From Promethearchaeota archaeon (GTDB lineage Archaea; Asgardarchaeota; Lokiarchaeia; Sigyniarchaeales; SOKP01), in contig JBHLMP010000044.1 in the NCBI GenBank assembly GCA_048938025.1, positions 1 to 31,867 on the forward strand: DNA of 31,867 bases, given 5' to 3'. Both the position numbers and the translations under genes were made by a program. The notes beneath the pieces were generated by a model, which saw only the letters and a list, made by a program, of their open reading frames with translations, was not told the DNA's origin and did no database searches. This document shows, one piece after another, positions 8,613 through 17,693 of this stretch (positions are counted from its first letter, which is position 1; each line of letters opens with the position of its first letter).

Positions 8613-10412
8613 CTAAATCCAAAAAGTTAGTGATCCAAATTTCACAATTGATAAGATTAAGTTCCCAGCCACTATAATTAATGTAAATAATCTAATAATA
8701 TTAAGAATAGATCTTTTTAATGGTTTTTTTCTATCGTGCCAATATTCATATGAGACCTCAATTATTGAATTTTTATCTAATTTACTTTGTTCCGGTAAAT
8801 CTAATATCAATGTTTCTTTAAAGCCATCTCCAAATTTATCTATTAGATTATAATTATCTTCTGATAATAGAATTTCACTGGATTCTTTTATATTTGAAGG
8901 GTCTTGAATTGAAATTTTTACAGAATTTACATTTTCTACACGATATTCTGATAAATCATATTCATTTGCATCTGGTGTAAACTGATATTTATCTTTCTTT
9001 TTTTTTATTATCTTATAATCTTCTCCAATCCCCCAATTGAGTAATTCTTTTACCATTCTATCTCCATCAAATATAGGTAAAGGCAAATTATTAAAGAGGG
9101 TTATACTGAATGCTATTATAAAAAGCCAAGCTATTTCTCTTAATAAGAATTCAGGAAAAAAACTTGTAAAAAATTTAGCAACTCCATTTTTATACATCCA
9201 AAAAATATTCGTAAAAATCCCTATGAGAACCCCAATAACTTCAACATCCAATATCCATGATTCTGAATTTGAAGAAAGATTTATAGTATTCAAATTGAAA
9301 ACTGTTAAACGTTTTTCTAATGTATCTCCATTTGTAATATTTATAGGAATTCCATCAATTTTATTAATGATTAATCCTACTGTTATATTCCCATAATTAT
9401 TTCCCCCTTCAGCATCAGTATAAACCTTGGTTATTTCTAATTCATCATTAGAAATGTATTCGTATCTAATTCCTATATTGTATCGAGGACCAAGTGTAAT
9501 ATTCTTTTCAAAATGTTTATCATTTGATGGATGGTAAATTTTTAATGTCAGATTATCACCAATAGAACATTTTAAACTAGTCTTATTATTTAAAATATTA
9601 CTAAGCGTTCTTTTTTCATAATTGTCAAGTTTAACATAATCTTCGTCAGGTGATCCTTTCTGTTTAATTGCTAGTATTACGTCACCGTTAGAGATGTTTC
9701 CATAATTGAAACCTCCTTCTTCCTGCTTTAGTACTGTGTTTATCTGAGCAACTTGGCGATACCAAGGTGATATCATTAATGGAAACGCCAATAGTAGTAT
9801 TAGAGCAATCCCTGCAGTAATACTATTTATATAAGTACCTGCTGCTGCTATTCTTAACCGTGTATTTCTGTGGAATTTAATAGAATTTAATTCCCTTTCA
9901 TCAACTTCTACAAAAGCTCCAAATCCAATTATAAAAAAAAAACCTGCTCCCAGAACTCCTGTAGATTTAATATCTACCCCATCAACGCTAGCAGCAATTC
10001 CGTGAGCAAATTCATGAGTAGTTAATATAAACAAGAGGGGGAGAATTAGATAAAAAAATAAAGGCAGATCTATTGTAACGCCGGGAATTAAGGGAACTAC
10101 GGCTTGTTCAATTCTAGGATTTATTATTAAATTAATGAAATTTACAAAGAAAAAATAAAATGCAAAAATTGTGAATCCAAATGATACAAAAATCCCAATA
10201 GTCCAAAAAATTTTCCAAAACTTTTGTGCTCTTCTAGAAATTTTTTTTATAAAATTATTTAACTTTTTAGTTTTAAACATAGCTAACAATGGGAAAAAGA
10301 GATACGCTGCCTCTTTTCTATTTCTTAATAGAAACGCTAATAGAGATACTAGTATCCAAAAGATGAGAGAAATTATAAACCAAGGATTAAAGAAAAAATC
10401 TAAGAACGTCAT
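8613..10412 (-). CDS. Site-2 protease (M50 intramembrane metalloprotease) with two PDZ-like repeats
   Basis: HEFAH zinc motif, GAFVE, RIAAAG..IN, NNLPLPIFDG and multiple TM segments. Internal repeat EEGGFNYGNISNG / AEGGNNYGNITVG. Confidence 0.92.
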   Translation of the reverse strand: MTFLDFFFNPWFIISLIFWILVSLLAFLLRNRKEAAYLFFPLLAMFKTKKLNNFIKKISRRAQKFWKIFWTIGIFVSFGFTIFAFYFFFVNFINLIINPRIEQAVVPLIPGVTIDLPLFFYLILPLLFILTTHEFAHGIAASVDGVDIKSTGVLGAGFFFIIGFGAFVEVDERELNSIKFHRNTRLRIAAAGTYINSITAGIALILLLAFPLMISPWYRQVAQINTVLKQEEGGFNYGNISNGDVILAIKQKGSPDEDYVKLDNYEKRTLSNILNNKTSLKCSIGDNLTLKIYHPSNDKHFEKNITLGPRYNIGIRYEYISNDELEITKVYTDAEGGNNYGNITVGLIINKIDGIPINITNGDTLEKRLTVFNLNTINLSSNSESWILDVEVIGVLIGIFTNIFWMYKNGVAKFFTSFFPEFLLREIAWLFIIAFSITLFNNLPLPIFDGDRMVKELLNWGIGEDYKIIKKKKDKYQFTPDANEYDLSEYRVENVNSVKISIQDPSNIKESSEILLSEDNYNLIDKFGDGFKETLILDLPEQSKLDKNSIIEVSYEYWHDRKKPLKRSILNIIRLFTLIIVAGNLILSIVKFGSLTFWI

Positions 10413-10583
10413 ATAATTTTTTACTCATTTTCCAACTTCTTCTATCTAATTTATATTAAAAGTTAAAGTTATTGGTTATAATTTCTTTTTAATACCCAGT
10501 TATCAATACAAATTTCTATTCTTAATTTTGGGATTAAAAAATACCTAAAAATAGAAAAAAATTAAATTATAATTTTAATATTG

Positions 10584-10593
10584 TAATATATAG
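10584..10593 (+). promoter_or_regulatory. Candidate TATA box for tRNA-iMet
   Basis: TAATATATAG about 50 nt upstream of the mature tRNA 5' end. Confidence 0.35.
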
Positions 10594-10638
10594 ATTAAGC
10601 ATCAATCTTATAGTCCTTACCATCCTCAAGGAATTAAA

Positions 10639-10770
10639 AGCGGGGTGGGCTAGCCTGGTTTATGCCGCAGGGCTCATATGTGGTAAATATTTACCATGGA
10701 GAGACCCTGAGATCGTTCGTTCAAAAGTAAGGTGCTGATTTCCAGCAGGTTGAAAATCGAACCCCCGCTA
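10639..10770 (+). tRNA. Initiator tRNA-Met (CAT) with two introns: 10679-10703 (37/38, 25 nt) and 10726-10756 (59/60, 31 nt). CCA is not encoded.
   Basis: AGCGGGG/CCCCGCT acceptor stem with A1-U72, G11-C24, CAGGG/CCCTG anticodon stem (three G-C pairs), GTTCG/CGAAC T-stem and a mature TTCAAAT loop. Both junctions fit BHB geometry. A T-tract follows. Confidence 0.93.
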
Positions 10771-10939
10771 CTACTTTTTCCTATTTAATAATGAAATCAA
10801 AAATTATTAAAACACACAGTTTTAATTAAAGATTTAAAAATAATAATTATTATTTGCAGCTTAACAATTATAGCTAAAATAATTTGTTCATATAATAATA
10901 CTTATCTAGAATTTATGAATCATAAGAAATGGAATTTGA

Positions 10940-11638
10940 ATGAGTTTTTATCAAAGTAAATTTCCAGCAATTAAATGTATGATTAAGCATGTTTTAGAGG
11001 GTAAATTTTCTGAAGACGATGTCTTACTATATACTATTTTTGGGAAATTAAAGAATGTTCATATTATTGGAACTATTATTGAAAAGCGAGAGGAGGTTTA
11101 TCAAAGAGAAGGTGAAGAAAGACAAAGAATTATATTCGAGTTAGATGATGGTACTGGATTTGTTCAGGCAGTTAAATGGGAAGGTAATTTTGAAAAATAT
11201 AAAAACTTAAAGAAAGGAGATATCATTGATTTGGTTGGAAATTTCCCAAAAAAATGGAAACTGTATAACACAATATCAATAAATTATTTAACGAAAGTAG
11301 AAGATCCAAATCTAATTTTATTGAGAAATGGGGAAATAGTTAAAAAAATTAAATCAGGAGAAGTCCAAGAGATTCCAGATCTACTAGACACTGTTAATGA
11401 TGTTGATGAAATCGATGTAGATGATGTATTTAACGAGGAACAAAACATTAAAAAAGAGGATATTAAAGAAAACATATATGAAGTAATTGAAGAACATTCT
11501 TCAAATGGATTTGGGATTAATTTTGAAGAGCTTAACAAAATAATTCAAATTAGTGAAAGTGTTTTAAAAAAATATATTAAAGATCTAGAGATGGAATCTA
11601 GAATTTATCAATCTGATAATTATTATCAATCTTATTAA
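10940..11638 (+). CDS. RPA32/RPA2-like OB-fold protein with acidic linker and C-terminal winged helix
   Basis: V.IIGTII, FELDDGTG..QAV.W and GDIIDLVG OB strands, DPN..LL, a D/E-rich linker and a wH-like end (GINFEEL...LEMESRIYQ). Confidence 0.8.
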   Translation: MSFYQSKFPAIKCMIKHVLEGKFSEDDVLLYTIFGKLKNVHIIGTIIEKREEVYQREGEERQRIIFELDDGTGFVQAVKWEGNFEKYKNLKKGDIIDLVGNFPKKWKLYNTISINYLTKVEDPNLILLRNGEIVKKIKSGEVQEIPDLLDTVNDVDEIDVDDVFNEEQNIKKEDIKENIYEVIEEHSSNGFGINFEELNKIIQISESVLKKYIKDLEMESRIYQSDNYYQSY

Positions 11639-11724
11639 AAATAAAGTTATAAAACAACTTTTAAAAATAGTAAAATATATTTTCTACGCAATTTTTTATA
11701 TTTATAATTAAGTTTAATTCGAAT

Positions 11725-12150
11725 TTGATAATAATCATGGATTTATACGATTATAAGAATTTGCTAGATAAAGCATATGAAAAAATTCCAGAAAATGTAA
11801 AGCAGTCTGCTAGATTTGAGATTCCCAAGGTAGAAATTCGTATAGAATCAAAAAATACTTTTATCACAAATCTTAATAAAATTCTTAACACTCTAAATAG
11901 AGATAAAAAGCATTTTATGGGAATTTTCCTTAAAAAAGCGGGGACAATGGGGGAGATTCGTGGGCAACAATTATTCTTGAAAGGCCAATATAAAGAACAA
12001 GTTTTAAACCGGCTAATTGAAAGTTATACAAAAACCTATGTATTATGTAGTATTTGTAATAAACCAGATACTCAAATTCAAAGAGAGGGTAAAAAATATT
12101 ACCTTAAATGCACTGCCTGTGGAGCAAGACAAGAGATAAAAGAAAAATAA
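11725..12150 (+). CDS. eif2b: Translation initiation factor aIF-2 beta (likely start ATG 11737)
   Basis: Y..LLDKAY, RFEIP, T.ITN, YVLCSICNKPDT and LKCTACGA motifs. Confidence 0.96.
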   Translation: MIIIMDLYDYKNLLDKAYEKIPENVKQSARFEIPKVEIRIESKNTFITNLNKILNTLNRDKKHFMGIFLKKAGTMGEIRGQQLFLKGQYKEQVLNRLIESYTKTYVLCSICNKPDTQIQREGKKYYLKCTACGARQEIKEK

Positions 12151-12162
12151 ACCGGGAAGTAT

Positions 12163-12459
12163 ATGAAAGTATACCTAAAAATTCATATTAAAGATGAGAT
12201 TGAAACAATTGCTTGTTGCGATGAAGAATTACTTAACCAAGTTTTCAAGGAAGGTAAGTTGAGAATCGAGATTTCAAAGCAATTTTTTGGAGGAAAATTA
12301 ATTAATTTAGATGATGCTATTGAAATTTTAAAAGAAGCATCTTACTTCAATATTGTAGGTGAGAATATAACTAGTAAAGCAATTTATTATAAAATTCTCC
12401 CTAAAGAGGGAGTCAGATGTATTAATGGAGTTCCAATGGCTTTAAAGATGATGTTTTAA
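12163..12459 (+). CDS. DUF424 family protein
   Basis: ACCDEELL..F, FFGG, NIVG and INGVP motifs, in the conserved position after aIF2beta. Confidence 0.9.
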   Translation: MKVYLKIHIKDEIETIACCDEELLNQVFKEGKLRIEISKQFFGGKLINLDDAIEILKEASYFNIVGENITSKAIYYKILPKEGVRCINGVPMALKMMF

Positions 12460-13373
12460 TGCCAAATCGATTTTGTGCCATATGTGGCAAAGTAATTAGT
12501 GATACTGATCCTCATTTTGGAATGTGTTATGATTGTTATTTAAAGGAAAAACCTTTATTTGATTTACCTAAACAATTTTCATTGAATATCTGTTTAGATT
12601 GTGGAACTTATTCCAAAAAAGAAGATTGGATTAAACCGATAGATCCCGAATTATTCCCTACAATCAATGAAGCGATCCATAGATTTTTGTTAAAAAATTA
12701 TTTGAAAAAAGGTAAAATTGATTTCTCTATCACTTTTGATGAGAAAAGTTATGTATTTTCTTCAGAAGGTTTATTAAAAAACCTCGATGTCATTGTTAAT
12801 GGAAAAATGAAAGAAAACAACAAATTGAAGCATCAAGAAACAATCAACATAAATTTAAATTATCTTCTGTGTAAAAACTGTTCAAATATAAGAGGAGGTA
12901 CTTATTATTTATCAATTATTCAATTACGAGTGAAAGATGAAACCCAATTTGATTTAATAGATAAAGCTATAAATGAGATAAATAAGTATGTTGAAAAAAT
13001 ATTTGAAAAGGATCAAAAACATTATATTTCAAAAAGAGAGGATCAAAAATTTGGTGTAGACTTATATTTAAGTTCAAATGAATTAATGAATTATCTCATA
13101 AACCTACTAAAAGTGAAGTTTTATTTTTTAATGAAAAGGACAAAAAAATTAGTTGGCAGAGATATTCAAAAGGGTAAAAATCTATATAGATTAAAAACCT
13201 TGATAAAATTTTTACCAATACAAAAAAATGATATTGTTATAATAGAAAATGAAGATTTTCTTGTTGAGAAGATTACTAAAAATAAAGTCTTCCTAACAAG
13301 CAAAAAGAATTCAAAATTGATAAAAAGTTATTCTTACTTTTTTAATGAGAAAATTATTAAGAAAAAAATATAG
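12459..13373 (+). CDS. nmd3: NMD3 family ribosome biogenesis protein
   Basis: FC.ICG...MC.DCY, C.DCG...W, LC.NCS...GTYY.SIIQLR, GVDLY and KLVGRD motifs. Confidence 0.92.
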   Translation: MPNRFCAICGKVISDTDPHFGMCYDCYLKEKPLFDLPKQFSLNICLDCGTYSKKEDWIKPIDPELFPTINEAIHRFLLKNYLKKGKIDFSITFDEKSYVFSSEGLLKNLDVIVNGKMKENNKLKHQETININLNYLLCKNCSNIRGGTYYLSIIQLRVKDETQFDLIDKAINEINKYVEKIFEKDQKHYISKREDQKFGVDLYLSSNELMNYLINLLKVKFYFLMKRTKKLVGRDIQKGKNLYRLKTLIKFLPIQKNDIVIIENEDFLVEKITKNKVFLTSKKNSKLIKSYSYFFNEKIIKKKI

Positions 13374-13384
13374 AGGCAACTTTA

Positions 13385-14233
13385 TTGGAACAAGATAAAG
13401 ATGAAACAGATGAGGATTTCGATGAAATTTTTAATAATGAGTTCAACAACAAATTTGATACTAATATTGATGAGTTACAAAAAAGGAAAATAGATGATAA
13501 AAGAATAAAAAAAATTGATCATTCAAAGAAAAGAGCAGCAATAGAATCTGTTTTTGATGAACGTACAATTTTTCAATTAAATAGAATATTAACACATGGA
13601 CCATTAGAAAGAATTGAAGGGATAATATCCACCGGGAAAGAAGCAAATGTTTATCTAGCATATGATACTAGTGGAAAAGAAGTTGCTGTTAAAATTTATA
13701 AAATTGATAGTAATACTTCAAAATGGATGAGGAATTATATTATTGGAGATCCAAGATTTAAGAAAATTCCTAGTAATATTTCAAAAATTATTTTTTTATG
13801 GGCAAGTAAAGAATTTAAGAACCTTAAAAGAGCATTTAAAGTGGGATTAAGTGTTCCAAAACCAATATTTGTTAAGAATAACATATTAATAATGGAATAT
13901 ATTGGTTTTGAATCCATTCCTGCTCCAATATTGAAGGAAATTAAGAGACCAAAGAATTTAAATGATTTGTTAGATGAAATATTAGATTTCATAAAGATAT
14001 TATATCAAAAAGCTAAGCTAGTTCATGGAGACCTTAGTGAGTTTAATATCTTGTATCATAATCAAAAACCGGTCGTAATTGATATTTCACAAGCAGTATC
14101 AGTTCAACATCCTAAAGCAGAAATTTATCTAGTTAGAGATATTAAGAACATGTTAAATTATTTTAAAAAATTAGGGGTTAAAACACCAAATCCCGAAAAA
14201 TTTTATTATAAAGTCATAAATTTAGACAATTAA
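13385..14233 (+). CDS. rio1: RIO1 atypical serine kinase
   Basis: STGKEANVY, AVKIY, YI.GDPRF, WA.KEF.NL, LVHGDLSEFNIL and IDISQAV motifs. TTG start after GAGG. Confidence 0.96.
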   Translation: MEQDKDETDEDFDEIFNNEFNNKFDTNIDELQKRKIDDKRIKKIDHSKKRAAIESVFDERTIFQLNRILTHGPLERIEGIISTGKEANVYLAYDTSGKEVAVKIYKIDSNTSKWMRNYIIGDPRFKKIPSNISKIIFLWASKEFKNLKRAFKVGLSVPKPIFVKNNILIMEYIGFESIPAPILKEIKRPKNLNDLLDEILDFIKILYQKAKLVHGDLSEFNILYHNQKPVVIDISQAVSVQHPKAEIYLVRDIKNMLNYFKKLGVKTPNPEKFYYKVINLDN

Positions 14234-14277
14234 AGAAATAAAATAAAAAGAATTAATCAGAATATTTTTATATAAAA

Positions 14278-14835
14278 ATGAAAATCGGTAAAAATCGTAT
14301 AGCAGTCTTAATCGGGAAAGATGGAGAAACAAAAAAAGAGATTGAAAAAGCATTAGCAGTAAAAATTAATCTAGATAGTAAAACCGGTGAATGTGAGATT
14401 TTACCGTTAATTAATGTTCTAAATTACAATCCAATTAATGTTTACGCAGCAGAAAAAATTATCAACGCGATTAATAGAGGTTTTAATCCTGTTAAGGCGA
14501 TGAAATTAGTAGAGGAAACATATGAACTAGAAATTTTTAATCTTTTTTTGCTTTTAGGGAAATCAGATAAGAGGATTAAACGAATAAAAGGCCGTATTAT
14601 TGGAAGAAATGGAGAAATGCGTAAGGCAATTGAAAGGTTTACTGAAAGTTATATTTCAGTATATGGAAAAACGGTATCCATCATAGCGGATTATGAAAAT
14701 TTACAGATTGCAAGAAAAGCAGTTAGTATGTTGATAAATGGAATGCCTCATCATGTTGTTTTAAAGTTTCTAGAAAATAAATATAATGAAAAAAAGAAGG
14801 AGCAATTTAGACAGTTATATAAGCCTGAATTTTAA
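14278..14835 (+). CDS. KH-domain pre-rRNA processing protein Dim2/PNO1
   Basis: RIAVLIGKDG, AINRGF.P..A, RIKGRIIGRNG and G.PH..V motifs. Follows rio1. Confidence 0.93.
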   Translation: MKIGKNRIAVLIGKDGETKKEIEKALAVKINLDSKTGECEILPLINVLNYNPINVYAAEKIINAINRGFNPVKAMKLVEETYELEIFNLFLLLGKSDKRIKRIKGRIIGRNGEMRKAIERFTESYISVYGKTVSIIADYENLQIARKAVSMLINGMPHHVVLKFLENKYNEKKKEQFRQLYKPEF

Positions 14836-14839
14836 TAGC

Positions 14840-15208
14840 CTATTTTAAAAACTTGTTTTTATAAATTTTAGAGGCACTATTTAAAATATCTTTTCCATAT
14901 ATAATCTCTTTTAATTCCTTGAATAAGAGGTTTTGATTTCTAATGTTTTCTACTGAAAAAATTTCCTTTAACTCTTCCTTTTTGGAATAATTAAGGTGAA
15001 CTTCAAAACTTTTAATAGAATATGAATTCTTAGTATAAGATTTGAAAATAACTATACTCCGTGGATAAAGACTTTTTTCTTTTAAGAAAATAGCCCAACC
15101 ATCGAAATAAAAATCAAAATTAATAGAAAAGAATTTTTTCCAAAAACTTATTTCTTTAAGAATCACATCTATTTCATTTTTTATTTTTGGAGAAAACTTG
15201 TTTTCCAT
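14840..15208 (-). CDS. Hypothetical protein
   Basis: 122-aa ATG-start ORF that fills the gap downstream of ftsZ. No family recognised. Confidence 0.7.
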   Translation of the reverse strand: MENKFSPKIKNEIDVILKEISFWKKFFSINFDFYFDGWAIFLKEKSLYPRSIVIFKSYTKNSYSIKSFEVHLNYSKKEELKEIFSVENIRNQNLLFKELKEIIYGKDILNSASKIYKNKFLK

Positions 15209-15253
15209 ATAATTTAGTATAAATAGGAATATTTAAAGAAATATTAAAAAAAA

Positions 15254-16360
15254 TTAATCAAAAGCAATTTCACCAATGTTAAATATATCGTTAGATAAAC
15301 CTAATTTCGATTTTTTAAATTTAGATTTATAGGATGGTTGATTCATTGAGAAACAATTACCAAAAATTTGAGGAGATTTAATACCTGTAATAAGAAGCAT
15401 GACTCTTAAAAACCCATCAAATTCATCTGAAACGCGTGCACCCCAAATAACCATAGAGTCATTTACATCCATTTTTTCGGATATTTTTTTAGCTACTAAG
15501 TTAGCTTCTGCTAAAGTCATGTCATTTCCTCCACAAATGTGAATTAACGCACCTTTTGCTCCTTCTATACTCACATCTAATAATGGAGAATTAAGTGCAT
15601 CATTAATAGCATCATCAACACGATTCTCATCTCCATTTGATTCACCAACCCCTACAATTGCTACACCACCAGTACTCAATATTGTTCTAACATCTGCGAA
15701 ATCCAAATTAATCAAGGATGGTAATGATATTGTTTCAGTAATACCTTTTACCATTGTTGCTAATACTTCATCAGCAACACTAAAAGCTTCTATAATTGGT
15801 AAGTTAGGAGCAATTTCTAATAATCGATTATTATCTATTACGACTAATGTATCAACATATCTTTTTAAAAGATTCAAACCAATTTTTGCCTTGTCCATTC
15901 GTCCTATTTCTGTTTCAAATGGTAGAGTCACTACTCCCACTACAATAGCACCTTCCAGTTTCGCAATTTCAGCTATAATGGGAGCACTGCCCGTTCCAGT
16001 TCCCCCTCCTTCTCCACATGTTATAAATACTAAATTTGAATCTCTTAAAACTCTTGTTAAATCTTCTCGAGATTCTTCCGCAGCTGCTTTACCAATCTCA
16101 GGATCACCACCCGCACCAAGTCCCCTTGTTAAATTTTTTCCTATTAAAATTTTTATATGAGACTCCACAGCATCTAAATGTTGACAATCTGTATTTACAG
16201 CAATACACTGAGCCCCTCTTATACCTATTTTCATTAATCTATTAATTGTATTATTTCCTGCACCACCACATCCAATGATCTTAATATTGGCATAGCCCAA
16301 ATTCTCAATTTGAGCTTTATTTATTTCTCTCTTACGTGCATTTTTAATAAATGATTCCAT
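15254..16360 (-). CDS. ftsZ: Cell division protein FtsZ
   Basis: GCGGAGNN, NTD, G.GAGGDPE.G, GGGTGTG tubulin signature and NLDFADV T7 loop. Confidence 0.98.
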   Translation of the reverse strand: MESFIKNARKREINKAQIENLGYANIKIIGCGGAGNNTINRLMKIGIRGAQCIAVNTDCQHLDAVESHIKILIGKNLTRGLGAGGDPEIGKAAAEESREDLTRVLRDSNLVFITCGEGGGTGTGSAPIIAEIAKLEGAIVVGVVTLPFETEIGRMDKAKIGLNLLKRYVDTLVVIDNNRLLEIAPNLPIIEAFSVADEVLATMVKGITETISLPSLINLDFADVRTILSTGGVAIVGVGESNGDENRVDDAINDALNSPLLDVSIEGAKGALIHICGGNDMTLAEANLVAKKISEKMDVNDSMVIWGARVSDEFDGFLRVMLLITGIKSPQIFGNCFSMNQPSYKSKFKKSKLGLSNDIFNIGEIAFD

Positions 16361-16462
16361 TCAAAATCAATTATTGAATTTAATTAATTCTTTACAAGAA
16401 AAAATAAAATTGAAAAATTATAATTGATGTGTTATCTAAATATTATATATATTTTATAAAAT

Positions 16463-17683
16463 TTAATGTAACGAAAAATCGTTTTGAATATCAGGATCAA
16501 AGATTTGCTTTAATTGATTATCTTTAATGAGGAAAATCTTTGGTAAAGGATATGGAAAGCGATTTGAAAAAGTTAAACAGTACGCACCTGTATTGGTGAC
16601 TAAAACTATATCCCCTTCTTTTAAATACTCACTAAAAAAGTAATCTTTTGCTAATACATCTTGATCAGTTGGAACTATTCCTAAGAATGTTGTTGGTTTA
16701 TTATGCGAAAGACTAATTTTAGATGCATTATAAAACCTTAGAGAACATCTAGCGAATTTCGGACATATGTGATTTCCTATATTTAAGAAAGCATTTCTAT
16801 CATTAGATACTTTTAGAATTTTAGCTATAAATAAACCAGCATCACCAACAAAGTACCTACCAGGTTCAATATAAATTTTCTCATAATTAATACTAAAATC
16901 CTCAAAGATGGTTCTTATATCTTTAAAAATTTTTTTTAACTGGTTTTTAGGCATTATAGTAGCTTCTGGAAACCCCCCTCCAATATTTATATTTTTAATA
17001 TTAATCCCAACTCGCGAAAAATTCTTTAAAGACTCTACGATAGCTGTAATATTTTTTTTAAATTGCTCAAAATTATTCATTTGAGTACTATAATGAGATA
17101 GCATTGTTGTTATTTTGATATTTTTACAACTTTTAATTAGCCTTTCTAAAATTATTAAGTTTTTTTTATCAAAATTAATACCTAATTTACTTTTATATTT
17201 CTGAGAATTAACTCTGATACAAATATTTTGGTTAGTATTATATTTCTGAGCAACTAAATTAACTTTTTTTATGTCATTTATATTATATACTATTAATTCT
17301 TTGATTTGGTTTTTTATACTAAGTTTTATCATTTCTTTTGGTAAATAGGGACCTCCAGCTAATATTTTATTAGGGGGAAATCCGATTTTTAATGCTAATC
17401 TAAGTTCAGGTAACCCAACAACATTTGCACCAATTCTTTCTGAACATATAATATTACAAATATCGGGAAGAAAATTAGCTTTAAATGAATAATAGCATTC
17501 AAAATCATTAAACTCAGAACTAATAACATCTATAAATGATTTGATATTATCTCTTATTCTGTTTTCCAAAAAAATTAATAATGGCGTTTTAAATTTATTT
17601 AGAATATCTTCAAGGTATATCAAATCAATTAAAATTTTGCCTCCCTCTTTCTTTAAGAAAGGATTTCCAGAGATTTTCTTCAT
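16463..17683 (-). CDS. Fold-type III PLP enzyme, diaminopimelate/ornithine decarboxylase-like (divergent)
   Basis: TP..I, YSFKAN (PLP lysine), SKLG, NIGGGF, EPGRYFV and GAY motifs. Several LysA active-site residues differ. Confidence 0.8.
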   Translation of the reverse strand: MKKISGNPFLKKEGGKILIDLIYLEDILNKFKTPLLIFLENRIRDNIKSFIDVISSEFNDFECYYSFKANFLPDICNIICSERIGANVVGLPELRLALKIGFPPNKILAGGPYLPKEMIKLSIKNQIKELIVYNINDIKKVNLVAQKYNTNQNICIRVNSQKYKSKLGINFDKKNLIILERLIKSCKNIKITTMLSHYSTQMNNFEQFKKNITAIVESLKNFSRVGINIKNINIGGGFPEATIMPKNQLKKIFKDIRTIFEDFSINYEKIYIEPGRYFVGDAGLFIAKILKVSNDRNAFLNIGNHICPKFARCSLRFYNASKISLSHNKPTTFLGIVPTDQDVLAKDYFFSEYLKEGDIVLVTNTGAYCLTFSNRFPYPLPKIFLIKDNQLKQIFDPDIQNDFSLH

Positions 17684-17693
17684 ATTTTTATCA

